Source of the DNA: Lingula anatina
Lineage: Eukaryota; Animalia; Brachiopoda
DNA: 64,000 bases
Direction: 5' to 3'
NCBI GenBank assembly: GCA_051362555.1
Contig: CM120644.1
Coordinates: 19,676,534 to 19,740,533 of the forward strand
Shown here: positions 36,190 through 47,375 of the stretch, piece by piece
Numbering within the stretch: position 1 is the first letter of the stretch
Layout: the number at the start of each line of letters is the position of its first letter
The notes under the pieces: model-generated
The model's database searches: none
What the model was told of the DNA's origin: nothing
What the model saw: the letters and a program-made list of their open reading frames with translations, nothing else
Program-made: the position numbers and the translations under genes

Positions 36190-39100
36190 CTAAAAATATT
36201 TAGCGCATAGATTACAAACTATGTTTGATTATTTTAGGGTCCCACATAAAGAAGTTTGTATTAAAGTTTCACTTTCCTGGAACCACGAATAATAAAAAAT
36301 AATTCATCATCTAACCCCAAAAAGGAACATACGTTACTGTCACAAATGCATAACGTCTCGCTGTGGAAACGTTTTAATCACATTGAAAAATCAATCATCA
36401 CGGGTTTTGTTCTTTAATTTATCTTCTACAAGTATAACGTTGTAAAAAATTACGAAAAGCTTCTGTATTGAGCAGTTAATTGTTTTTTAGCGACTTAAGT
36501 TTGCCTGTCACTGAATATTAAAAAAACGGGGAAAATACACCCTACCGATAGTAAAATAAGCATTTAATAAATTATTTTTCCCCTTGTGCTCCAAATATTA
36601 TATCTGAAATGTCAAACTATCATGGAATCACTATATATTTTTCTGTCAGCAAAAGAAAACATTGTTTTCTGTTGCACCAAGTATTTGTACAAAATGAAAC
36701 ATTTTGTCAATTTTCCTAGGGAACATACGTTACCTAGTATTAGCCATGACGCAGGCCCCATTAGTTACGGTTTTTATATTTATTAAAAACGTCCTTACGT
36801 CATATTTAACTTAACATGATCGAATCACTTCAAAATATATAAGAAAACGTTATGAAAATAAAAATTAGGTGGCCTGGAACATACGTTACCGGAACATACG
36901 TTACCAGTGAAAATCTACGTGTGCCCGAAACTGGCTCCGAAAGAAAAACTAGCTTCTGTTTGAGATGTCAGGTGGTTCTTTCTGACGTCTGCTCGAGCTA
37001 AAGATTAGATGAGGCTAGTTACATGTGTAAATAAATCCATAAAATACTCAGTAACGATGTAGGCGAAGTAAATGATTTTGTCGTAATAAAAAAATTAATT
37101 CAAATACAGGAATGAATGTCAAAGACGGAAATAGATGTCAAACAAGACTATGCAAGAAAAAAATAATCGCCAACGAGCGTAGTGAGCGCAGTGCCAAATA
37201 CATTGATACCGAACGGAACATCATTATTTCAGAAAAATGCGAAAACAAGAGCTGAGATAAAAAAAATATATCGATCTCGTAAAAAAAAAATGAGGGTGAC
37301 GCTTATTTGGAAGCGACAGAAAACGGGTTCAAAATACTATGTAGGCCTACCTTCTGCCTCCCTGTAAATGTCGTGAAAGACAAAAGAGGCATGCGAAGAC
37401 TAAACCGCGAAAACGTAGACTTCACCAAAGGAAAGAAGAGCTCCTAGCTGCTATAGAAGTTGCCGAGGCAAGTCCACAGCAATCACCACCTGAGAGACTT
37501 GTTGTGTGTGCGAGGTGGCCACAACGTGGAAACGATTGAGAAGAAACTGAAGGCAGTCATAATGAACAATTAAAGAACTACAGTCACAGGTTAATGCCAT
37601 AAGAAAGAGGGAGAATGCTATCCGGCAACGACTTAGCCATTGTAGAACACGAAATACGGAACCACCTGAATTTCCCACATGCCCCAAAATATAGACAGAA
37701 CGCATCATACAGCAGGCTATGGACCCTAGCTAACACTGGGCAGTGTCTCCTCCATCCCAGTGTACCACAAACTTTCATAGTCTTATTTATAACAAAAAGA
37801 AGGCAACAAAGAATATCGATTGTTCAAGATTTGGTCAAACAAGGCCGCTTTTATTTTATAACCCCACTACCCTATATTATTTTAGCAATAATAACAATGT
37901 AGCAAATTGTTGACTTTATCCTTAGGGATAAAAATAATATTATATATACATATAATATCCAATAGGACTCATCATCCTAAAAATATGACTTATATAAAAT
38001 GATTTTTTAGCTACAGTTACACCTAGAAGTAAGATGAAAATCTTTCATAATATAGTGGCTGAGAAGATTGCGAAGACGTACCGTTGTCTCAGATTTCTTT
38101 CAGCTGCTACTGGCATTTGCCGGAATCATTGGTCGAGAACTCGCGAAAAGGGGATGAACTGGTCGAAAAGTCGACGGATGGGAGTAGCAGGAAAAAAAGG
38201 CAAGCTGTATACGATTTTTTGAACGAGACGACTATAGTAGAGGCCAAGAACGCCAGTAACAAAAAAAAAAACAAAAAAAAAAAAAAAAAAAAAAATCATC
38301 CAGCACGTTGGCAGAGTAAAAACACAGTATGAACATCTAAGAAATCTCAAGGAAACTTTTACAAGAAATCATGCAGCCTATAATTTGTCTTAAATAGCGA
38401 CTGATAAGGACCGTAGAGACCCTTGAACTCTAAAGTGATATCTGTTTCTTATACCCACTCAATGGAAAGACTTAAAAACGTAATTTTGTGAGCCACTTAC
38501 TTTTTATAGATGGAACACACATTATATATATATATATATATATACATTTTTTTTAATAGACCTTTCAGAGAGGATAGTAAAGCTCATTTTGAACGAATTC
38601 TCTGCTGTACTGGAAAACCTATAGGTGTGTTGAAAAAGGCTTCGTTTAAAGGGGTGGTAAGTTAGATGTTTCTGGGATCTGCCTTTCTTTACATGCAGAT
38701 GATTAAGACGTTTGATACGCGGATCGTGTTTGTGTAAATATGTTATCACTTTTGATGTCTGAGTTACTTTTAAACACCTCAATAAATTCTACGAAAAAAA
38801 AGCGAAAAAATATCTTATCAATATCTATTAAACTCGTGTCCCGTATCTTTTCTATGGCTGTGGAACATACGTTACATTACGGTATGCGAAGGATGCCAGG
38901 CGTAGTTGGTATTGTAACTAATACACCCAAAATTTGAAACTGCCAATGAGTTTTAAATTCACGACGAATATGACCAGTGGTAGATAACTTTTAGGTAACA
39001 AAGTTTTCAATTCTCTATACAATTGACAATTACTGCTATTGAAAGAGTCATCAACGTGGACATTGTAAAGAAAAATGATCTTTAGTTTGAAAGTAATTTT

Positions 39101-39300
39101 CCTAGATCTGGTCAATTTAAAAGTATTTTCCTATCACTTTTCCATCATTAATGACTCATAGGGTTCTGATAGTGTTTAGCTTGCACAAATTTCCACAGCG
39201 CTCAACTAATGATCGTGTTTGTATCAGGCGATTCAGTGGTAACGTATGTTCTTTCTTACGCTTTTTCACTTCAAACGGTTATCAGTTTATTTGCTTACAA
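36190..39300 (+). mobile_element. Decayed DNA transposon, possibly Sola2
   Basis: Repeated GGAACATACGTTAC motif, inverted at ~39239. Homology of ~36190-36900 to ~50840-51500. Basic coding remnants (VAEKIAKTYRCLRFLSAATGICR...AVYDFL) resemble Sola2 transposase N-termini. Confidence 0.4.
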
Positions 39301-39704
39301 AACAGAAACGCGTGGGCGTAAAATTGGGACATTTGTGGATTTTTGTTCTATACACATGTAAGTTTTAAAAAATTGGATAATACATCAAATTCATTCAATT
39401 TCATTTTTTGAGACTTGAACTTGTGAAATGCACCTCTATATTGGGTTTGGGTGTTAAGTGCCTGCACCACTCTCTCAGTGGTATGGGTGGAGAAGGCATT
39501 CATACTCAGTATAGAAGGGCGTGGCTCAGTGTAGACTCTAAACGTTTTGGCTACCCATTCTAGCAAGAGGTCTTCTGTCGTCTAGGCTGTAGGACCTTTC
39601 CTCTGGACTTTCCACTACTGGATTTCTCTTGCCTTAAATAATGAAAGAATGCCATATTAAATAGTGATATTTATAACTGAACCTCGTAACTTGCATGAAA
39701 TGTT

Positions 39705-40000
39705 AATAAGAACAATGCAGGCGGTATCATCCGCAAACTTAAAAATCAGACAATAGGGATTTGAAGCGTCACAGTTTTTCATGCAGTTTAAAAAAGCAGT
39801 ATCGTGTTAAAGCAGAGCTAAATCCATAAAGAGTACTTGTGCATATTTGGGGATTTTACGTTTTAAAAACGTAAGGACATTATATAAAGTGATATCAACA
39901 GCATCCTCAGTAGACCTGTTCTTACGATATGCAAATTGAAAAGGATAAGAATTAACAATATAATTGCTATTATACTGCATGTTTTAAAGGTTTCATAACA
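39705..40000 (-). pseudogene. Rex1/L2-group LINE RT fragment (internally deleted)
   Basis: PFQFAYRKNRSTEDAV...YAQVLFMD..SSAFNTI...IFKFADDTA. Confidence 0.8.
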
Positions 40001-40014
40001 TACTGGTATAAATA

Positions 40015-40054
40015 CTTTTCTCAATATGAAGTGGCCCTAAAAAGAGCCGTTTGG
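40015..40054 (-). promoter_or_regulatory. Histone mRNA 3' stem-loop plus purine-rich downstream element, with no adjacent histone CDS
   Basis: The minus strand reads CCAAAC-GGCTCT-TTTT-AGGGCC-ACTT, then GAGAAAAG 10 nt after the stem. Confidence 0.75.
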
Positions 40055-40147
40055 TGACAGTTTACAAGTACTGTCGGGCTTCCTGTCGATATTGTTACCA
40101 ACACCCGGTAATACATGTAGAAGCTGAAATGTAATGTCAATCAATCA

Positions 40148-40435
40148 AGTGGTCGGTCATCACTAAAATATCAAAACCACTTTTTGAAGGCTCAAGGCAT
40201 AAATAGTCAATGCACACTAGCTCCATTAATTGGTTGAGTTGTCTGAATATTTACCAGTGATGCAGCAGGCATTGAAACAGGGGTTTTTCTTTTCACACAA
40301 CGACCTCAAGTACTCACTTTTTCTGACACATCTTTTGCCATAGATGGCGAAAAGAACCGATTTCTCACCAACTCTAAAGTGCAATCTCTCCCAAAATGAC
40401 CCATTTGATCATGCAAAATTTCCAAGCATTTGGGA
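40148..40435 (-). pseudogene. Gypsy integrase fragment
   Basis: LHDQMGHFGRDCTLELVRNRFF...RCVKRK...QP.MELVCIDYL.LEPSKSG..ILVMTDH (HHCC finger plus first catalytic D). Confidence 0.85.
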
Positions 40436-40889
40436 ATTTTTAAACAAAATACATGACTTTTCCATTCTTCAAACTTTCAGTGCAGTAATGCAGAAAGGGG
40501 TGGATGATGGTTGAGTGTTGATTTCGCACATTTCGTAAGTTCTGTGGATCTCGTAGAAAGCTTCTGCTTGGAACTCTTGTGCCGAGGCCTCTGCTAGCCT
40601 GTTCTTTGCATTCTTGACGAAGTTTGAGATGTGGTTCTCTATGGCTTCTTTAATTTGTGCTGATGCCTTTTCCTGTATTTCAATTAACTGGGTTATTAAA
40701 GCCTCATAGTCCAGACATCCCTTGACGCCCACTCTGGCTCGGATGTTGTGAGTGCCCCTCACTAGCTGTTTTGGTAGTGTGTTCGGCCCACTCTTGGCAG
40801 CCGGCAGCGTATTGTTTTGCTTCCTTCACCTCCTCTTGGTGGGGGTTGTTTGAGGTGTGCGGCACGGTCAAGAGTGCAGGTTCGTTTGT

Positions 40890-41075
40890 GTGGAGTGATT
40901 CATAATCTACTTGTTCTGCTATGTTCTTGCACCAATTTTTGTCATATCCTTGTTCTGCTAATTTTTCAATTAAATAAGTCTTTTTTATTTCAAATTCTTC
41001 CTTCATTGTGTTGTATCTGGCATATGGGGGTGCGTCCTCCTTTAATAAAGCCTTTGAATACCATTGGATTTAAAG
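40890..41075 (-). pseudogene. Penelope-like RT C-terminal fragment
   Basis: VFKGFIKG...YARYNT..EEFE...LIEKLAEQGY...IAEQVDY. Confidence 0.55.
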
Positions 41076-41339
41076 CTTTTATATATTAGTTTTTACACCT
41101 TCATTGGAATACAGCAAAATGTCCTCCAAAGTGAAAAAAAAATCCAAACTATTTTTGTATCACCTACCTCTTTTTATGGGTGGTGAGTATGGCTTACAGT
41201 AAAAGGAAATTAGACCGACTTGATAGCTTTGATGAACAAAACAAAAATAGTGAAAACAAACTAGTGCTTGCAGTTACCACTCCTAGAAATATGTAAACAA
41301 ACCAAATATTTCATTTTTTCTTTTTTTTTCGACATTCAA

Positions 41340-41850
41340 TAGGTGGAGTAAATGAACATATTTTCTGAATATGAAAAAAACGGGGGAAATATCTTGTGCT
41401 TTCGTGTATAGAGGTGTTGTAAGAGAAAACATATCCTGGTAGGACATCATCCCATTTCTTTGGGTCTTCCGTAGATTTAGCTATCATTTTTTTGATTGTT
41501 TGATTAAATCTCTCTGAAATGAACACCAAGACATTAAAATGAATGTAAACATGAAAGACATCAAATAGTTTTGTGTCCTCCTTATATGTGAATTATTCAG
41601 TCTAAAACAGATGACTGGTTGGAAGGTTTTTCTGAATGTACATGGGACTTCAACAAATGGAAATGCAGGGGTTATCTCACAGAGTCTGGCTTATTACTAG
41701 CATGGACAGAGCAGACTTCAGCAAGAAGGGTGCAGTTAGACTTAATGTTGTTCTTAATAGTCCCAAAAAGCTGCTTGCTGTTTTCAGTTTTGCTTGCTGG
41801 CTTTGTTCCCCAGTGCCACTGGTATATACATATGATGATAAACATAATTA
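41340..41850 (-). pseudogene. Ginger/GIN-like integrase remnant, possibly intron-containing
   Basis: ERFNQTIKKMIAK...WDDVLPGYVFSYNTSIHESTRYFP, with a degenerate HHCC region at ~41680-41840 separated by AT-rich sequence. Confidence 0.65.
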
Positions 41851-42609
41851 AACTCATTTTTTGTAATATGTCCTAATGTTAATTCCTATTCACTTTGTTC
41901 AAGACAGTGCATTTTTGCAAAAAATAAATTGTTTATTGCTCCTGTTATATACATTTTGTGTGCCCTGTCTCTTATATAATTTAATCTACATTTAGACCTA
42001 ACAGGACCAGGTACCTTTTCTTTCTCTTCATCTAAAGATTCATGCAAAGAATCATAATGTTACAGCATCAAAAAAGTTAAAGTAGCAAAAATTAGATTAA
42101 AAATGAAGTGAAATAAATGTTTTTTGCAACTAAAATTATCACAAACAATAGTCGAAATTTGAATGTAGAGGAAGGTAATCATTTCATTTATGCTGTTAAA
42201 ATGAGTCAACACGGCCAACAGAGATTACAACTTTTATAACTCCTAAAATTCCTGTTAACTGTGTTCATGGCAGTCACCATTTTGCTCCAAAAGTTGTCTT
42301 CCCTATGTTTGGGGTAAAATTTATGGATGGCGTTTCTTATAAAACCTACTCCTTCAACGTCCATCAACACACGTTTGTCTTGGCCTTTGGTTGATCCTTC
42401 AACATTCCTTCTTTCAGTAGTAGTAGTAAAAAGGCTGGTGGCCATTACCTTCATGCAGAGGTTTCCTGGTCCTTTGGATTGCATTTTAATTTTTGTCAAC
42501 CCTAAATTGGAAAGCAAAGGGATGGGACCTTGGGCGGCAGGGATGGGGGCACTGTTTCCAGTGATGAGGGGATATTGGGAAGGCATAATTGGCAAAGGAC
42601 TGGGGAAGG

Positions 42610-42777
42610 CAGGGGCGGATTTAGGGCGTCTTCTGGGTCTTCCGGAAGACGGTCAGATTTTCAAGTTTACATTGAAGGGTATCCAATTTTTTCTGTCGGA
42701 AGACGGTCAAAAATGAAGAACGGATCAACAAAGATAATTTGGAAGACTGTCAGAAAATATCTCTGAATCCGCCCCTG
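42610..42777 (+). mobile_element. hAT-like MITE with exact 5-bp TSD, inside the BEN gene
   Basis: CAGGGGCGGATT / AATCCGCCCCTG; GAAGG at 42605-42609 and 42778-42782. Confidence 0.88.
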
Positions 42778-42794
42778 GAAGGGCACATGAAAGG

Positions 42795-43125
42795 AGTTGG
42801 AGAGGGCAGGAGTGTGAAAGGAGTTGGAGTGGGATAGGGTTGGAAGAAGTTGGAGTGGGATAGGGTTGGAAGAAGTTGGAGTGGGATAGGGTTGGAAGAA
42901 GTTGGAGTGGGATAGGGTTGGAAGTAGTTGGTGTGGGAAGGGCAATGGAAGAAGTTGGAGTGGGACGGGTGGTGAAAAGTTGGAGTGGGACAGGTAGAGG
43001 AAGAAGTTGGAGTGGGACGGGTGGTGAAAAGTTGGAGTGGGACAGGTAGAGGAAGAAGTTGGAGTGGGACAGGTAGTGGAAGAAGTTGGAGTGGGAAGGG
43101 CAATAGAAGAAGCTGGAGTGGAAGG
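42795..43125. repeat. G-rich minisatellite, 25/26/27-nt units
   Basis: About 12 units with the core GTTGGAGTGGGA. Confidence 0.92.
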
Positions 43126-43881
43126 GGCGCTGGGGCAGGCTTCAAGCCTACTATTTTGTCCTTCATGAGTTCTTGTATGGCATACATTTTCTTGTTTAAT
43201 TCCTCCAGTTTGTCCATAATTTTAATGAGTGCCCCTCTACAATTGCACTGCAACACAGGCGCAGGTTGCTCTTGACCATCGTGTGGCCCTGCTGCACCTA
43301 GGGCCTGCAAGGGTCCAGGCTGAATATTCAAATATAACAAGAAATGTAACTATTGGTAATAACTGCAGTCCATCGCTTTCAATTGTTATTAACATGGCGC
43401 CAAATTACCAGTCTTTGGTATTTCTTAAAGTCAATCTCTAAAAAAATACATTATATCTCACATGCAGCAAACATACTACAGCTGCCAAGTTCACCATTTT
43501 CATGATACTGTTTGGATAACATTATAAAGACGTACACATTAATTACCTCAAATTTATTCGAAAACCAAAATTTTACCTTCATATATAGAAAATTATTGTA
43601 ATTCTTTTAAATATGAGAGGAAGGAAGTAAGTTTTAACCGTATAATTATATTCCTTCGAAACTCCCCTTTTTTGGTTTTTGGAGCTGGGACCTGATCATT
43701 CTCAGTCTCCGAATTTGTCTCTGTCTCAGTTGCGGTCTCTGTAATACCTTCCTCACTATTTTTGGTGTTTCCATTCGAAATTATTGAGTTGTTTGTACCA
43801 GTGTAACAGCACACCTTAGCTATGTGTGCTTGTATGGAATCTGGAATAGGGGAAGGGGGTATATTACAAAAAAATAAGGTA

Positions 43882-44275
43882 ATAAAGTGAACCCGAGTGG
43901 CTAAACTCACTTATTCTTGTGATAACTACAGTCTAACTAGCAGTGATGCACAAAGGCAGCTGACACACCCTGATCAGGGGCATGAACAACTTCCCATTAA
44001 TTTTCCACTGTCTGGACTCCTATGCAAACTTCAAAAAGCTCCTAGTCTGTCACTACTATCTGTACCAATTGGATTTATCCAGTAAGAAAAACTTGGGAAT
44101 ATTGGCTTAGTGAAGAATATACGGGCTTGTTTTCCTTGTCGCCAAATTAAGTGAACCCAAGTGGCTTAACTCACTTATTCTTGTGATAACTACATTCTAA
44201 CTAGCAGTGATGCACAAAGGAGGCTGCAACACCCTGATCAGGGACATGAACAACTTCCCATAAATTCTCCACCTT
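43882..44275. repeat. ~125-bp direct repeat pair
   Basis: AAGTGAACCC..GTGGCT..ACTCACTTATTCTTGTGATAACTACA...CCCTGATCAGGG..CATGAACAACTTCCCAT at ~43884 and ~44149. Confidence 0.88.
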
Positions 44276-44277
44276 TA

Positions 44278-45363
44278 GGCACTGCTCCTATGATCACCAT
44301 TTAAGGAAAACCATGTCACTTACTGTTCTCAAACTTATAGGAAAGAAACATAAGACTAAAATACAGCTTCAGTAGGCAATGCAGACTGTTTGGTAAATTT
44401 TTCTGGCAGATAAACATTTTTTTTGTGTGTGTGTGTTCAATTTTTTACATATTGGTATTTTCAAGGTGTGACTTAGAACCTCCACGGGCTTGAAGACCCA
44501 TGCTAGTCGCATTTTCTGAAAATCCATGATACGTATATTTTATTATTAAAAATTGATGGTCATTATGCTGTTAAGCATTATGTAATGTTGCATCAAAATG
44601 GAAGAAAACACAATTTTTGGTGCTGCTGCCATGATGACCATTATGGGAAAACCATGTTACTTATGACTGTCAAACTTTCAAAAAAGAAACACAGGACTAA
44701 AATGCAGCCTGAGCTGGAAAAGCAGTCTAATTGGCTTCTTTTTCTGAAGTTATACATTTTAGTGAAATATTCATTATTGTCCTTTTGGCATATTCATTGT
44801 GGGACTCGGAGCTCCCATGGACATGAAGCTGAATGGTAATCAAGTTTTCTACATTTCCATGCTATTTATAGTCAGTTATCAAAAATTGGTGATAATTATT
44901 CTGTTATTTATAATTAATAATCCATATTTATTTATAATTGATAAATTGACAAAAATCTTTTTCCACTGCTACTACAAACATAATGAAAAGAAAACTGTGT
45001 TACTTATAATTATTTTTAACTTTCAATTATGATTTTAAGGATTGGCATTCAGTTCAAATTAGAAAGCCAGCTCAATTGGGTTATCATTTATTATTTTATT
45101 TATGCAATTTTGTGTAAATTTTTTTAATTTTTCTCATTCTGGCATTTTCAAAGTGTGATCTTGAATTCCCATCAGCCTGAAACCTTACGTTTGTTACACA
45201 TTTTACTTACATCAGTATTACCTGTTGAGCATAATTAAAATTTGATGTTGAATTTGCAGTTAAGCATAATGTACTTTTGCATCAGAATTGACAGTAGCCT
45301 ATTTTGTGCATTGCTACTTTCTGCTCTTTGTCTGTACATTTGACAGCTTTGCTGCCTTGTTTT
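44278..45363 (+). mobile_element. 5'-truncated Helentron-associated (HINE/DINE-1-like) element
   Basis: Collinear with 48488-49554 and ends at the same subTIR + hairpin terminus TGTCTGTACATTTGACAGCTTTGCTGCCTTGTTT. Confidence 0.8.
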
Positions 45364-45399
45364 AAATGCATCCATTTGTTTTAGTTTTTGTCCGTAGGG

Positions 45400-45582
45400 A
45401 TTTTAGCGATTTTCCTAGTTTGCACGTGCTTCTGAAACTCTTCCCTCACCATTTTGGTGAAGTCCAAACCTACACCATTGAAAAGTATCTGATTGGTATA
45501 TCAGTCTGACATCATTGAAATATGCTAAGGCCAGTTACAAACGAAACAAAGTTTCATGAACAACATTGGGGGCTTGATACTG

Positions 45583-45630
<48 letters not shown>

Positions 45631-45995
45631 CACGGCTGGAAAGGGGCATTTAACCTCCAGTGTTGTTGCTTCATTAATAATTCTGTCAGGTGTACTTGCC
45701 AAGTATGGATACTGTGCTGATGTACAAACATGCCACATCGCATTGTTCTGACATCTGATGTCTCTTCACATGCTGACAGCTATGTGTTCATACAGACATC
45801 CATGTCAGAGTGATGGTGCATCAACCTTCTTATGGCACACAAAAGATTTGGCCAGTTTAATTCTATCAGTTCTAACTGTACACTTGCAAATTTCTACAAA
45901 GTTAGAAGAGGTTAAACGGATAAACTAGTCCTTTATCCATCGCTTGTCCTTGCTTTGTTTCCTTGTGTTTCTCTCAATGTCATCGATTGGTACTA
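45400..45995 (-). pseudogene. YqaJ / lambda-exonuclease-like domain remnant
   Basis: IERNTRKQS...W...RLTSSNF..IC...HG..YE..A...YPYLASTPDRII...LEVKCPF; interrupted by (TA)n(CA)n at ~45584-45628. Confidence 0.8.
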
Positions 45996-46448
45996 GTACA
46001 AATTGTATTTGACAGCAAAATATATTTTTCAATATAAAATACCTCTACTTCTCTCTATGATCTGCCTGAGTCTGCTTCCCATCCTTTTCTGTATATGTAA
46101 GTAAGTAAGTTTATTAAGACATGGAAACCAAAAGGTTGAAGTTATACATAAAATGGAGTGGGAATAAAATTTACAAATTAAAGTATTGATATATGATATA
46201 GGATATGCGAATAGAAATTAATGAGATTAAAAAATAAATAAATAAATAAAATAATTTTTTTACACAGGCATATCTGAAAGTTAGTGTAAAAGAGGATGGA
46301 GTAATGAAAATTAAATACAATAAAGGCCAAAATGGGTTTCAAAAATAAAATACAGACCACTAATGGTTTAATAAAGAGGAAAGGAATAAAAGTGTTTTTA
46401 AAACGTTCAGTTCTAATTTTTGTTAAACTTTGACAGGCTATTTCTTAG

Positions 46449-47029
46449 TGTAACAGACGGACTCTCTGGTTGTGTAAAATGACTTTATTGCTACAACTAA
46501 AATTTTCACCCTGTAATAAAGGTGACATATGATTAAATAAAATGACATACAACAAATAACTTATAATTCTATAGTTTACCTCTATGATAAGGAAATAATA
46601 AATTTGATATATATAACTACGGTTTATAAAGGCTATAACGGCTTACCCTGATCTTATTCAAGGGCGTTTAGAAAGAGTGCTGGATATACCAATACGGCTT
46701 GGTCTGAAAACTAAAGAGTAGAAAACGATGTAATACAGTATAGTATAGTGGAGTTGGATACGCAAAAGACAAGATAAAATATAACTAGAATTAACTAGAC
46801 GACATCCAACTTACCACATAGAAACAGACAGACGAACAGCAACTTCAGCACTATTTGAAAATACGGCGCCAATGCCTTTTATAATGTGAAGTCACATGAC
46901 AAAGACGCGGGAAGACAGAACAAAGGGACATAGACAAAGGAACAGACAAAGGAACAATTAGAGGGCGTCAGAGTCACATCAAGTCACAAGACAAGACGAG
47001 TGACGAGTGCATATTTACACATAGTTACA
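46449..47029 (-). mobile_element. Solo LTR (Gypsy-type, 581 bp)
   Basis: TGTAAC...GTTACA termini with 4-bp TSD TTAG on both sides. Minus-strand TATAAAA (~46880) and AATAAA (~46485). Confidence 0.85.
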
Positions 47030-47375
47030 TTAGTCTCCTCTGGTTTGCAGGTTAAAAGGTAGTTCAGCTTGTCTGTGTCATTTTGTATTTTTGCAAAAAT
47101 TGATTTGCAGAGTTCAAATCTGCACTCTTTTAATATAATAAGTTTTGCTTTGGCTAGAGCATCAACATAAGTTAATTCAGGGAATATGATCCTAAGTGCC
47201 CTTGACTGGATGGATTCTTTTATTTTACATTGTTCTCCAGTTAATCCAGAGTGCCACACAGGACAAGCATATTCAACCACGGTCCGAATTAAACTCTGAT
47301 ATACCTGAACAAGATCAGATGAGGACAGTTTAGCACATTTAAGCTTGCGCAGAAAAAAAACGATCGTGTGCATGC

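Larger units (their letters stand above)
42206..43320 (-). pseudogene. Coiled-coil / Pro-rich / BEN-domain gene, interrupted
   Basis: KIMDKLEELNKKM coiled coil, Pro-rich repeats, then SKGPGNLCMKVMATSLFT...RNVEG...MDVEGVGFIRNAIHKFYP...WSKMVTAMNTVNRN (BEN-like). Acceptor ttcag at ~43320; possible upstream exon ~43670-43820. Broken by a MITE and a frameshift. Confidence 0.65.

Noticed and set aside
40469-40890. Helical-looking ORF pieces between the Penelope and Gypsy fragments
   Set aside because: Probably TE-derived but unassignable; frameshifted, with no gene structure.
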